From assembly GCA_016218805.1 (NCBI GenBank), contig JACRCW010000065.1, forward strand, positions 94,040-158,039: DNA of 64,000 nucleotides, in the 5' to 3' direction. Made by a program: the position numbers and the translations under genes. This document shows positions 1 to 9,504 of this stretch, piece after piece. The notes under the pieces are model-generated. The model did no database searches. It was not told the DNA's origin and saw only the letters and a list, made by a program, of their open reading frames with translations. Each line of letters opens with the position of its first letter. Positions within the stretch are counted from its first letter, which is position 1. Source of the stretch: Deltaproteobacteria bacterium (GTDB lineage: Bacteria > Myxococcota > JACRCW01).

Positions 1-291
1 CCACGGGTGGACGGTGTGAGCCCCAACGAGCGGACCGCGGGGACGGGCGGCGACACTGCGATCCTGGGCCGCTACCTCAAGCCCGCGTACAACGCGTGGA
101 GTGACGACGTAACTCCGGTGCGGGCGTTTGTGGATGACCGCGAGGTCACGGTGCTGGAGGCGGACGCGGGAGGCAGCCGGCTGCGCGTGGAATTGCCGGA
201 CGACCTGGCCGCGGGGCTGCACAACGTCCGGGTGGAGAACCGGTTTGGGACGGACACGCTGGAGAACGCCTATCTTGTTGTGGGGCCCTGA
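1..291 (+). CDS. hypothetical protein, C-terminal fragment (5' end outside window)
   Basis: Open frame runs in from position 1 (…ENAYLVVGP*). Codon usage is typical of the genome. Confidence 0.4.
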   Translation, partial: PRVDGVSPNERTAGTGGDTAILGRYLKPAYNAWSDDVTPVRAFVDDREVTVLEADAGGSRLRVELPDDLAAGLHNVRVENRFGTDTLENAYLVVGP

Positions 292-297
292 CCGGCG

Positions 298-2178
298 TCA
301 TTTCATCTTGGCCTTCATCATGCGCAGCGCGGCCTGCTGGATGGCCGCGGACACGCTCTTGCTCTTGGCCACCGAGCGGATGTCGCTTTCACGCAGCATG
401 GACAGGAAGCGCTGGGACACCGCGATGGGCGCCTTGGGGTTGTTCACCAGGGCCAGCTTCACCGCGTAGGGCCGCGTCATCTCCCTGTTGTTGGCCACGT
501 AGCGGATGACCACGTCCTGCACCGAGCGGCTGTTGGCGGCGGACACCACCTCCTGCGGCGTGATGCGCGGGCTCTTGATCACCGCCTCGGCCACCATCCG
601 GTTGGACTCACGGATGAGGATGGAGCGCACTTCCTTGTTGCCCTTGAGGGCCGCCGCGATCTTCTGCGACGTGGACATCTTCATGATCTTCTGGTTGATG
701 GTGAGGCGCTTGCCCGACGCGTCCACGCTGTCGTCGTCCTCCAGCGAGGCAAGTTCCTCGGCGGACATGGCCTCCAGTTCCGCTTCGGTCTTGCCCTCCT
801 CGGTCTGCTGGCCGGGTTTCCAACCCTGCGGGGCCTTGCCTTCCCGGAACGCCCGCTCCTGCAGGTCCGGAGACAGCAGGTCAAACGGAACCTCAATGTG
901 CTTCACCGCCTCCTCAAGTTCCGTCTTGCCCAGGCGGGACACGGAGTCCTGGAACTCGGGAACGTCATCCAGCACGATGCCGACGCGCACCATGAAGTCA
1001 ATGACGTTTTCAAGCACACTCTTGAGCGTGTGCCCGTTCTCCTTGAGCGCGCGGCAGATGTCATGGTGCCGCAGGATGCGCTCCTGGTTGTTGGCAATCA
1101 GCCCGATCACCGTCTCATTGGACGTGAGCCGCGCCGCCTTGGCGTAGGTCTCGTCCGCCGTCTGGCGGTTGAGCAGGATGGTCTCCATCCACTTGGGATT
1201 GTCCACCAGCTTCTGCGCAAACAGGTCCAGGACCGGCGCGGCGATCTTCTCGCCCAGGACGGCCTGGAGGATCCGGTCCGGGAACGTGCTGAAGCTCTTG
1301 TCCGCCGCCTCCGCAATCTTGGGATCCGTGTCGCCGGTGAGCAGAAAGACGACGTGGACGAGTTCGCGCGGCGGGATGGGCGCCAGGCCTTTGGCCGCCA
1401 TCATCCGCAGCGGCGCCGGCGCCCCGCCCGTGTGCTTGCGCACCGCGTCGCTGATGAACTCCGGAGGAAGCGCTCGCTCGCCGGAGGCCGGGAGGCTTGG
1501 TGGCGGCGGGCCGCTGTCAACGGGGGCAGGGGCCGCTACCGGTGCCGGTGCGGCGGCCACGGGCGCCGGCTCCCCAACGGGAACCGCGGCGGCCGCCTTG
1601 GGGGCGGGCGGCGGCGGCGCCACCGGGGCAGGGGCCACCGGGGCAGGCGCCGGCGAACCACCGGGCGGCGTGGATTCCTCCACGGCGGACAACTCCAGGC
1701 CGATGTCCGCCGCGGCGACCGCAGCGGGCGGCGGTGCGGGCCGCGGGGCGGCAACCGCGGAACCGGGGAGCGCGGCCGGCGCGCGCGGCGCAGACCCGGG
1801 CAGCGGTGCTGGTGACGACGGGACGGCAGAACCGGGCAGCGGCGCGGCGGCGCGCGGTGGCGGTGGTGCGGAACCGGGTAGCGGCGCAGGTGACGACGGG
1901 ACGGCGGAACCAGGCAGCGGCGCGGCGGCACGTGGCGCGGGTGGGGCGGAACCGGGAAGCGGCGCGGCGGCTCGTGGTGGTGGCGGTGCGGAACCGGGCA
2001 GCGGTGCTGGTGACGACGGGACGGCAGAACCGGGCAGCGGCGCGGCGGCACGTGGCGCGGGCGGCGCGGAGCCGGGCAGCGGCGCGGGGGCCCTCGGCGC
2101 AGGCGCCGCAGTACCCGGTAGTGGCGCCGGGGCACGCGCCGGAGTGCCGGGTGGTGGCGGTTGGCGAGGTTCGTTCAT
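298..2178 (-). CDS. proline-rich tandem-repeat protein with an alpha-helical (HEAT-like) C-terminal domain. Alternative upstream start at 2295.
   Basis: Long minus-strand ORF. An internal ATG at 2178 starts 'MNEPRQPPPP', followed by about 9 copies of a 13-aa APLPGSAxPxxRA unit. The C-terminal globular region is about 350 aa. No recognisable catalytic motif. Confidence 0.5.
   Translation of the reverse strand: MNEPRQPPPPGTPARAPAPLPGTAAPAPRAPAPLPGSAPPAPRAAAPLPGSAVPSSPAPLPGSAPPPPRAAAPLPGSAPPAPRAAAPLPGSAVPSSPAPLPGSAPPPPRAAAPLPGSAVPSSPAPLPGSAPRAPAALPGSAVAAPRPAPPPAAVAAADIGLELSAVEESTPPGGSPAPAPVAPAPVAPPPPAPKAAAAVPVGEPAPVAAAPAPVAAPAPVDSGPPPPSLPASGERALPPEFISDAVRKHTGGAPAPLRMMAAKGLAPIPPRELVHVVFLLTGDTDPKIAEAADKSFSTFPDRILQAVLGEKIAAPVLDLFAQKLVDNPKWMETILLNRQTADETYAKAARLTSNETVIGLIANNQERILRHHDICRALKENGHTLKSVLENVIDFMVRVGIVLDDVPEFQDSVSRLGKTELEEAVKHIEVPFDLLSPDLQERAFREGKAPQGWKPGQQTEEGKTEAELEAMSAEELASLEDDDSVDASGKRLTINQKIMKMSTSQKIAAALKGNKEVRSILIRESNRMVAEAVIKSPRITPQEVVSAANSRSVQDVVIRYVANNREMTRPYAVKLALVNNPKAPIAVSQRFLSMLRESDIRSVAKSKSVSAAIQQAALRMMKAKMK
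1790..2150. repeat. in-frame tandem repeat of about 39 bp (13 codons), about 9 copies, inside the Pro-rich protein gene
   Basis: The unit ggaaccgggcagcggcgcggcggcacgtggcgcgggc recurs in variant forms. It encodes the PLPGSA repeats on the minus strand. Confidence 0.6.
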
Positions 2179-2356
2179 CGGTGTTCCTGCTGAGCTGCGC
2201 TCGAGGTCGGATGCGGCCCGAGGTTGCCACATCCGCGGCGGAACACCTAGGCGCGGCCCACCACACCCGCCCCCCACCCGGGCGATGCTCCGCATCGCAT
2301 CGCCCGACCTCCCCCCGCAAGCGAGGGGAGGCGGTGCTGTGTTGTGCCTTTCCGCT

Positions 2357-3559
2357 TCAGTCGTTGGGCTTCTCGGGCGCCGGCGCCGTCGCCATGAAGT
2401 CCTTCTTGAAGCGCTCGCCGTACTCGCCCATCAGCTTTTCAATGCGCTTGCAGTCCGTGGACTTCAGGATGATCCCCGCGTGGTGCTCCTTCTTCACCTG
2501 CATCACGATTTCCGGGTCCGTGTACGCCGAGTAGTCCGGCCACGCCTGCCGCGCGAGCGTCACCGCCGCGCCCGCGTAGTCCCTGCGAACATTCTTGGGC
2601 AGCTCATACGGGACCTGGCCCTTGTCGATCTCGATGTTGGCCCACTCCTCCCACAGGTTCACCCCCGTGGCCGCCTCCACCACGTCGGAGATGTGCGCCC
2701 CGCCCACGCGCGCGCTGGTCTCCATGAAGTAGAACTTCCCGTCCTTGCCCTTGATGTACTCGGTGTGGCTCACGCCGCGGACCAGGTTGAGCCGCGTCAG
2801 CACCTGCTCGTTGAGCTTGCGCAGTTCCTTCTCATCACTGCTGCCGCGCTCCACCGTGTGCGTGGTGAAGATGCCCCCGCCGTGCGCCACGTCAAACGGC
2901 GGCGTGCCGCACCGGTGCACCTCGGCAAACGCCACCTTCTTCTCGGAGATGATGGAGTCGCAGTGGTAGATGTCCCCGGGCACAAACCGCTCCAGCAGGA
3001 AGTAGCTCTGCTGGTCACCCAGGCGCTCCAGTTCCTTCCACAGCTGGTCCGGGTCCCGGATCTTGCGGATGCCGGTGGCGGACGCCTGCGAGCGCGGCTT
3101 CAGCATCCACGGCGGCGGCACGCGCGCCATGTACTCGCGCAGCTCGTCGTAGTTGAGCACGTGCACAAAGTCCGGCACGGGGATGCCCTCCTCCTGCGCC
3201 TTCACCCGCATGGCCAGCTTGTCGCGGAAGTGGCGCGCGGTGGTGTCACCCATGCCGGGGATGCGCAGGTGCTCGCGCAGGCTGGCCGCCGTCTCCACGT
3301 CGTAGTCGTCCATGGGAACAATGCGGTCAAACTTGATGGAGCGCGCCAGGTAGCTCACCGTGTTGAGCGTATGGGACAGCGGGCTGTCGTCCTGCTGGGC
3401 AAACACATCCGCGAGCACCTCGCGCGGCCAGGCCTCATTGAGGCGCTTGGCGACGGTGAGCAGGAACAGGCGCGCACCGCGGCGCGCGGCCTGGCGCATG
3501 AAACGGTCACCCTTGAAGTAGCTGGCAAGCACCAGGATGTTGAGCGGTTTCTGGGACAC
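2357..3559 (-). CDS. ATP-grasp domain protein (putative peptide/amide ligase)
   Basis: GTG start at 3559 is preceded by GGAG. The ATP-grasp fold shows in 'MLKPRSQASATGIRKI…FLLERFVPGDIYHCDS…YFMETSARVGG'. Confidence 0.7.
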   Translation of the reverse strand: MSQKPLNILVLASYFKGDRFMRQAARRGARLFLLTVAKRLNEAWPREVLADVFAQQDDSPLSHTLNTVSYLARSIKFDRIVPMDDYDVETAASLREHLRIPGMGDTTARHFRDKLAMRVKAQEEGIPVPDFVHVLNYDELREYMARVPPPWMLKPRSQASATGIRKIRDPDQLWKELERLGDQQSYFLLERFVPGDIYHCDSIISEKKVAFAEVHRCGTPPFDVAHGGGIFTTHTVERGSSDEKELRKLNEQVLTRLNLVRGVSHTEYIKGKDGKFYFMETSARVGGAHISDVVEAATGVNLWEEWANIEIDKGQVPYELPKNVRRDYAGAAVTLARQAWPDYSAYTDPEIVMQVKKEHHAGIILKSTDCKRIEKLMGEYGERFKKDFMATAPAPEKPND

Positions 3560-3614
3560 GGCGGAACTCCGGGCGCCCGGGCGCGGGCGCGGATTTGGGG
3601 GGGGGGACCGGGAT

Positions 3615-5390
3615 CTAGTAGAGCGTGTGGACCCCGTGGAAGGTGTCATAGACGGTCAGCGGGATGGCCGCGCCGCGCGCGGGGGCAAACTCCGGCCGCC
3701 CAAGCCAGCGGCGCACCCGCTCCAGCTGCGCGTCCGTGCCGTCCCAGCTCAGCGACGCAACCTGGCGCCGCAGCGTGGGCTGGACGTGGAAGGTGTGCCA
3801 GGTGTGGCCGCGCTGCACGGTCAGCGTGCAGGGGCGCCTGCGGGCAACCACCCATTGAAACGCTTTGAGGCTCCAGGGGAACCCGTCAATGCGCTGCAAC
3901 TGGTCACCGGGGGCCAGGCCCGCGCGCGCGGCCGCGGTGCCGTCAAACACGTTGAGGATCGCCGGGCCTTTCTCGTCGGCCAGCGTGACCCCCAGGCACG
4001 CCACCTCTTCGTGCGTGAGACGGAAGCCCAGCGCGCCGAGCATCTCCTCGGTGCGCAGCACACCGGCGCGCGCGGTGTCCATTTCAATGAGTTCACGCAG
4101 CGCGGGCACGCGCGCGGCAAAGAACTCCACCACGTCCGCGTGCGTGAAGCCGCGCGGCAGGTGTTGGCGGTAGAACTCACCGAATTCACGCAGCAGCGAC
4201 CGGTCCGCGCCCACCAGCACCGCGTCCATGTCAAACGCGATGAGCATCCCGACGTCATAGTAGTCCACGGAGTTGTTGGGGCTGCCCGGGTAGCGGTGGT
4301 GGTTGAGGAAGGTGGCCAGCGAGCTGTCCCGCGCGGTGGCGACGCGGTACGCCGGCGTCCAGGACAGGTGGCGGTGGAAGTTGACCACGTTGGAGAGGAA
4401 GTCCGCGGGGGCCATCTCACCGGTGCCCACCAGCAGCAGGTACTCCGCATAGCGCGTGATGCCCTCAGCCACCCACAGCAGGTCCGTGAAACTGCCGTGC
4501 TCCAGGTCCGGCCGGAGCAATTCACGGGGTTTCAGCGCGCACACGTTCCACGCGTGGTACAGCTCATGCGCCACCAGCCGCAGCGCGCGGCGGCGCTCCG
4601 CCTCGTCCACAAACGCGAGTTCGCCGAATGCGACCATGGTGGAACTGCGGTGCTCCAGTCCCCAGTGGTGCTGCGGCGCAAAGGAACAGAAGAACGTGTA
4701 GTCCGCAAACGGAAACCCGCCGAAAAGGTCCCGGCAGCGTTCCGCGACCTTCATCGCCGCGTCCAGGAACCGCTCGCGCTCTTCATCAAAGCCGACGCAG
4801 CGGTTGAGGAACACAAAGTGGAATGGCGTGCCCGCGCAGTCACGCGTGAAGCGGTCAAACGCGCCTGCGGCCACGGGCGTGTCCATCATGGCGTGGAAAT
4901 CCGCGTATTCAAAGCGTGCGCCGCCGCGGTCCACGGCGCCGTAGGGGTGGTGCAGCGGCCATTCCGGCGGGAAGCGGTAGGTCACGGAGACGGGCCCGTC
5001 CCACTCGGGGACCTGCAGCCAGGAGGTGCCCAGCAGCACCGCCTGCGTCTGTTCCAGGTAGCCGTGCAACTCGCTCCACGCGGGCTCGTACAGGTGCACG
5101 CGGTAGCGCAGCTCCACCCGGTGCACCCCGCCGCCCACCTTCCACGCGGTGAGACCGTCCCGCTCCAGCGGCAGGACCGCGCCGGTGACGGCGTCACGGG
5201 CCTCCATGGCGGAGAGGTTGCGCGCGTAGCGCAAGAACGCGTACGCGCCCGGCACCCACGTGGGAACGCGCACCCGCAGCGGGTCCGGCATCCCGCGCGC
5301 GTCCACGTCCACCACCACGTCCAGCACGTGCTCGGCGGGGTGCGCCGTCACCGTGTAGTTCACGCGCGGGGTGTCGTCGCGGGCGGGCAT
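3615..5390 (-). CDS. M61-family zinc metallopeptidase (glycyl aminopeptidase-like) with C-terminal PDZ domain
   Basis: HEXXH motif 'HELYHAWN'. Size and layout match M61 peptidases. PDZ-like region 'GVTLADEKGPAILNVFDGTAAARAGLAPGDQL'. Start chosen at ATG 5390 (MPARDDTPRVNYTV). Confidence 0.75.
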   Translation of the reverse strand: MPARDDTPRVNYTVTAHPAEHVLDVVVDVDARGMPDPLRVRVPTWVPGAYAFLRYARNLSAMEARDAVTGAVLPLERDGLTAWKVGGGVHRVELRYRVHLYEPAWSELHGYLEQTQAVLLGTSWLQVPEWDGPVSVTYRFPPEWPLHHPYGAVDRGGARFEYADFHAMMDTPVAAGAFDRFTRDCAGTPFHFVFLNRCVGFDEERERFLDAAMKVAERCRDLFGGFPFADYTFFCSFAPQHHWGLEHRSSTMVAFGELAFVDEAERRRALRLVAHELYHAWNVCALKPRELLRPDLEHGSFTDLLWVAEGITRYAEYLLLVGTGEMAPADFLSNVVNFHRHLSWTPAYRVATARDSSLATFLNHHRYPGSPNNSVDYYDVGMLIAFDMDAVLVGADRSLLREFGEFYRQHLPRGFTHADVVEFFAARVPALRELIEMDTARAGVLRTEEMLGALGFRLTHEEVACLGVTLADEKGPAILNVFDGTAAARAGLAPGDQLQRIDGFPWSLKAFQWVVARRRPCTLTVQRGHTWHTFHVQPTLRRQVASLSWDGTDAQLERVRRWLGRPEFAPARGAAIPLTVYDTFHGVHTLY

Positions 5391-5452
5391 GGCTCCTCCT
5401 GGGCGCGCCGCACTACCAGAGCACGGGACGGAATCAACCGCCGGATGGGCGT

Positions 5453-6460
5453 TCAGGACGGCAGGCGCAGCAGGCGGGCCGCGTTGCCGTACAGCACGCC
5501 GTGGCGGAGCGCGGCGTTGCCCTCGGTGGCCATGAGCACCTTCGCGAGGGCGATGGCCTGGTGGTAGAACGGCCAATCCGTCCCGTACATGATCCTGCGC
5601 GTGTCACCCTGCTCCAGCAGCCGCCGCAGCGCCGGCAGCCCTTGTGACGAGATCTCCATCCACGCATTGGGATAGCGGTTCAAGAGCGCCGTGGCCTCCT
5701 CCACCTGCAGCGCGCCGGCGTGTCCCAGCACAAAGGTCGTCTCCGGGCATTCGCGCAGCGGTCTTTCATAGAAGCGCACCTGCGACAGGTGCCGCCCCAG
5801 CCGCGGTTCAATGCCGACGGGACCGCAGTGCCACAGCACCGGCAGGCCGCGCGCGCCGCACGCGCGGTACAGCTTGATGGCGCGCTCATTGTCCGGGCGG
5901 ACGGATTGCACGGCGGGGTGCATCTTCACGCCACGCGCGCCGCGGGCCACCAGGTCATCCAGGTGGTGCTCCATGTCCACGTCATACGGGTGGATGCTGC
6001 CAAAGCAGACAATGCCCTCCACCCCGCGCGTGACCTCCAATGCGTTCTCGCTGTTGCGGGAGAGGAACGGGAAATCAATGGGCAGCAGCACGGAGCGCGC
6101 AATGCCCATCTCGCCCATCTCACGCAGCAGGTTGGGGAGCGTGTGCGTGGCGCGCAGGCCTCCCGCGGTGAGGCTCCCCAGTGTGAGGTCCCGCTTCATC
6201 TGCTTGAGCCGCGCCACCGTGAAGTTGCGGTTCACGTACACGTCCAGGTCCACCGCGCAGCACGCCGGCAGGTAGTGCTCGGTCCACGGGGTGGGCTTGC
6301 GCAGGTCCAGTTGCAGCGGGCGCACGTAGGCCAGCGCCAGGTGCGTATGCATGTCAATGATCGGCCCCACGGAGCGGTCGTGCATCACCAGCCGCCCGTC
6401 CACAACCTTGAACCAGGGAAGCCGGGCGAGGTCTGCGAGGTCGCGGAAGCGGGTCTCCAT
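5453..6460 (-). CDS. amidohydrolase-2 family metal-dependent hydrolase (TIM barrel)
   Basis: 'IDMHTHL' near the N-terminus. Amidohydrolase_2-like spacing of His and Asp residues (…VLGHAG…YGTDWPF). Confidence 0.7.
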   Translation of the reverse strand: METRFRDLADLARLPWFKVVDGRLVMHDRSVGPIIDMHTHLALAYVRPLQLDLRKPTPWTEHYLPACCAVDLDVYVNRNFTVARLKQMKRDLTLGSLTAGGLRATHTLPNLLREMGEMGIARSVLLPIDFPFLSRNSENALEVTRGVEGIVCFGSIHPYDVDMEHHLDDLVARGARGVKMHPAVQSVRPDNERAIKLYRACGARGLPVLWHCGPVGIEPRLGRHLSQVRFYERPLRECPETTFVLGHAGALQVEEATALLNRYPNAWMEISSQGLPALRRLLEQGDTRRIMYGTDWPFYHQAIALAKVLMATEGNAALRHGVLYGNAARLLRLPS

Positions 6461-6469
6461 GGGTGCGTC

Positions 6470-7792
6470 TCAGCCTGCGTCCAGCGTGTCCATGCCGTCC
6501 ATGAAGTCCAGGATGATGTCATGGATGGCGCCGCGGTCTTCCATGGAGCCCAGCATCCCGTACATGGCGGAGGAACCCTCGGGCACCACCTTGCCGTGTT
6601 CCAGTCCGTTGACGCATTCGCGCAGGTCCGTCAGGAACGCGTCCACCACGCCCTTGTGCGCCGGCGTCACCATCATGTGCAGGCACGGCGGGCGCTGCTG
6701 CCGGTCCAGCTTCCAGCCGCGCTTCTCCATCACGTCCGCCAGGCCGTACACGTCAATGACGTCAGAAGTGAACGCAAACACGCCCATCACCGGGTTGCCC
6801 ATGATTCTCAGACCGGGCGTGGCGCGGATGCCGTCCAGGATGCGCCCCGTGGTGTCCATCACGTCCCGGGCAATGGTGGTGTAGCCGTCCATGCCAATGT
6901 GGTTGAGCGCGGCCCACGCCGCGGCAATGGCGCCGCCCGGCCGGGTGCCGGTCATGGACGGGGAACCGTACAATCCGCCGGGCCAATCCCCGTAGGTGAA
7001 GTACTGGAAACGCCGCAATTCCCGCGAGCGGTACACCACGGTGGAGGCGCCCTTGGCCGCAAAGCCGTACTTGTGCAGGTCCGCAGAGATGGACGTCACG
7101 CCGTCCACCCGGAAGTCCCAGGGCGGGACGGCGCGGCCGGTACGTTCCAGAAATGGCAGGAAATACCCGCCCACGCACGCATCCACGTGGCACAGGATGC
7201 CGTGCTGCCGGGCCAGCGCGGCCAACTCCTCAATGGGATCGATCACGCCGTGCGGATAGGCGGGCGCGGACCCGACGACCAGGATGGTGTCCGCCGTGAC
7301 CAGGTCCCGCGCGCGCGCCACGTCCACGCGCAGGTCTTCCCCCAGCGGCATGTGCACGGCGGACACACCGAAGTAATGCGCGGCTTTCTCGAACGCCGGG
7401 TGCACGGACAACGGCACGAGCATTTTCGGTTGTTTCACCCCCGGGCGATTGACGCGCGCCCAGTCACGCGCGGCTTTCACCGCCATGAGGATGCTCTCAC
7501 TGCCCCCGCTGGTCATGGACCCGGCGGCACCCGGTGGCCCGTGGAACAGGTCCACCGCCATGGCCATCACCTCCTGTTCAAACCGGCGCAGCGACGGGAA
7601 CGCCATGGGGTTGAGGCCGTTTTCGGAGAAGAACTTGGTATACGCCTCCTTGACCACCGCCAGCGCCTCGTCGCTGGCCCAGTACACCAGGCTCCACGTC
7701 TTGCCGCGGCGCCAGTCGGCGTCGGACCGCGCGAGTTCATCCATGCGCGCCATCAGCGCAGCGCGCGGGGTTCCCTGCTCCGGGATCTTCAT
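6470..7792 (-). CDS. PLP-dependent group II decarboxylase (sphingosine-1-phosphate lyase / glutamate decarboxylase-like)
   Basis: PLP-lysine motif 'SISADLHKYGFAAKG'. 'GGSESILMAVKAAR'. Length 440 aa. Confidence 0.75.
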   Translation of the reverse strand: MKIPEQGTPRAALMARMDELARSDADWRRGKTWSLVYWASDEALAVVKEAYTKFFSENGLNPMAFPSLRRFEQEVMAMAVDLFHGPPGAAGSMTSGGSESILMAVKAARDWARVNRPGVKQPKMLVPLSVHPAFEKAAHYFGVSAVHMPLGEDLRVDVARARDLVTADTILVVGSAPAYPHGVIDPIEELAALARQHGILCHVDACVGGYFLPFLERTGRAVPPWDFRVDGVTSISADLHKYGFAAKGASTVVYRSRELRRFQYFTYGDWPGGLYGSPSMTGTRPGGAIAAAWAALNHIGMDGYTTIARDVMDTTGRILDGIRATPGLRIMGNPVMGVFAFTSDVIDVYGLADVMEKRGWKLDRQQRPPCLHMMVTPAHKGVVDAFLTDLRECVNGLEHGKVVPEGSSAMYGMLGSMEDRGAIHDIILDFMDGMDTLDAG

Positions 7793-7881
7793 GGTGGTGT
7801 GCTCCTCGAGGGGGTTTGGGGCGGCGGCAAGCTATCACGGCAGGGCGCGGCCCCGGGTCCTCTGGTACAACGGGCGGGCCC

Positions 7882-8325
7882 ATGACCGCCTACCTGCTGG
7901 TGGCCCTGATGGCCATGCCCGGTCCCCTGCTGTGGGCCCTCAGCACGGAGGCCATTGTCGTCTACCAGGTACACGCCGGGCTGGACCCGCTGGGCCTGGC
8001 GGCCAGCGCGGCGCTGGGCCAGGTGGGCACCTTCCTCATCCTGTACGCGCTGGGTGAAAAGGGCCTGCGGCGCATCCGCTGGTTTGATGAACGCCTCAAC
8101 CGCCTGGATGACCGCGCGCGCGAACGGATGCGCCGCTCCACGACGGGCGCGCTGGTGTCCGGGGGGCTGGTGGGGCTGCCGCCGGTGATTGCCATGGCGC
8201 CGTTCTGCGGGACGGTGTTCTACCCGCGCCTGCGCATGAGTGCGATTGTGTTCATCACGCGGATGGTGCGTTTCTCGGTGCTGACCCTGGGCGGGCAGCA
8301 GGTGCTGGCGTGGTTTGGACTGTGA
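7882..8325 (+). CDS. small integral membrane protein (VTT/YqaA-like), hypothetical
   Basis: Four predicted hydrophobic helices. ATG at 7882. Confidence 0.45.
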   Translation: MTAYLLVALMAMPGPLLWALSTEAIVVYQVHAGLDPLGLAASAALGQVGTFLILYALGEKGLRRIRWFDERLNRLDDRARERMRRSTTGALVSGGLVGLPPVIAMAPFCGTVFYPRLRMSAIVFITRMVRFSVLTLGGQQVLAWFGL

Positions 8326-9194
8326 GCGCGTGGCTGCTGGTTGCCCTGGCTGTCCCGGCGGCGGCCGCGGGGCAGTTGGAGGGGTCCGGGCATTGGGCGG
8401 CGGGCGCCGAGGGCTCAGTGGCCGGACGGTACAACCCGGTGGGCGTGTCCGCCGCGCTGCGCACCACGCTGCGGTACCGCTTCTTCCCGCCGGGCCACCC
8501 GCTGCGGCAGCCGGGACTGCGGCAGGCGCTGTTTGCCCCCTCGTCGGTGGGCCTGGCAGCGACGGTGGATGCCAATCCCGCGTTTGTGCGCGGCGGCGTG
8601 GGGGTGGAGTTCATGCCCGCCGCCGTGTGGCGCACGCGCATCACCTACCAGGCGGCGCAGACGTTTGGGACGTTTGGGTACATGACGCAATTCCCGTCAC
8701 GCGGAGACGCGTTTGATGGGTACGCGCGCTGGTGGCGCATGCGCGCGGGCGGACGCGCCACGCCGCGGATTGTGCAGCGGCTGGTGGCGGACACGCAGTG
8801 GCAGGCACGGGTGTGGCGGTTCATTGCGCTGGACCTGCTGACCGTGGATGGCAACTGGGCCGGCGCTGACGGGTGGTTCTACAACGGCGAATATGACCTG
8901 CTGGTGCACGGCCGCTTCGAAGTGGTGGTGCGCAACATTGGCCTGGTGGCGCTGTCCGTCCTGGACCGGGCCGGGTTGCCGGAGCTGTCAGTGGGCATGT
9001 TTCACGGCGTGGCGCACGCGTGGCGGTCCCGCGGGCAGAACCAGCAGCTGGGCGCGGCGGTGATCATCGGGCCGCCGCTGCGCGGCGTGGTGCGCAACGC
9101 GGTGAGCGTGATCCTGTTGGCGGGAATGCACACGCAGTCGCGCTCGCGGGAGTTGACGCCGTACATGGTGGGCCTGGCCACCGTGTCGTTCTGA
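8310..9194 (+). CDS. secreted hypothetical protein (signal peptide, Trp/Arg-rich)
   Basis: N-terminal 'WLLVALAVPAAAAGQ' signal peptide. No recognisable motif. Confidence 0.45.
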   Translation: MVWTVSAWLLVALAVPAAAAGQLEGSGHWAAGAEGSVAGRYNPVGVSAALRTTLRYRFFPPGHPLRQPGLRQALFAPSSVGLAATVDANPAFVRGGVGVEFMPAAVWRTRITYQAAQTFGTFGYMTQFPSRGDAFDGYARWWRMRAGGRATPRIVQRLVADTQWQARVWRFIALDLLTVDGNWAGADGWFYNGEYDLLVHGRFEVVVRNIGLVALSVLDRAGLPELSVGMFHGVAHAWRSRGQNQQLGAAVIIGPPLRGVVRNAVSVILLAGMHTQSRSRELTPYMVGLATVSF

Positions 9195-9335
9195 CCGCGC
9201 AGAACACGCGTTCGCGGGAACGCCGCAGGAGCAGGCGGTGGACGCGGTGAAGCGCTGCCATCCGAGGCGGGCGGCCCACTCACGGACACCCCCACCCCCC
9301 TCGCCGACGTCGCTGCGCTGCGCTCCGTCGTCGAG

Positions 9336-9382
9336 GGCCGCCCCACAGGGGGGCGGCATGGATGGCTTGCCTGCGGCAAGCC
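9336..9382. terminator. two adjacent GC-rich hairpins between convergent genes (putative bidirectional terminator)
   Basis: First hairpin: ggccgcccc-aca-ggggcggc (9336-9357). Second hairpin: ggcttgcc-tgc-ggcaagcc (9364-9382). No clear U-tract. Confidence 0.3.
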
Positions 9383-9504
9383 AAACGCACGTCATGCAAC
9401 TGATCCGCCTCGCTTCCATCGGCTGGCGTCAGCTCGCGTTCATGGGCCAAGACCGGAGCGTGGGTGACGACGTCAACGCGCCCGGAAAGGGGGGTGGTCG
9501 GCCG

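Noticed and set aside
1169-7885. Long plus-strand ORFs (1169..3868, 3537..5567, 5720..7885)
   Set aside because: They are antisense to the ATP-grasp, M61, amidohydrolase and decarboxylase genes. They are Arg/His/Gly-rich with no domain signal, a typical high-GC shadow-ORF artefact.
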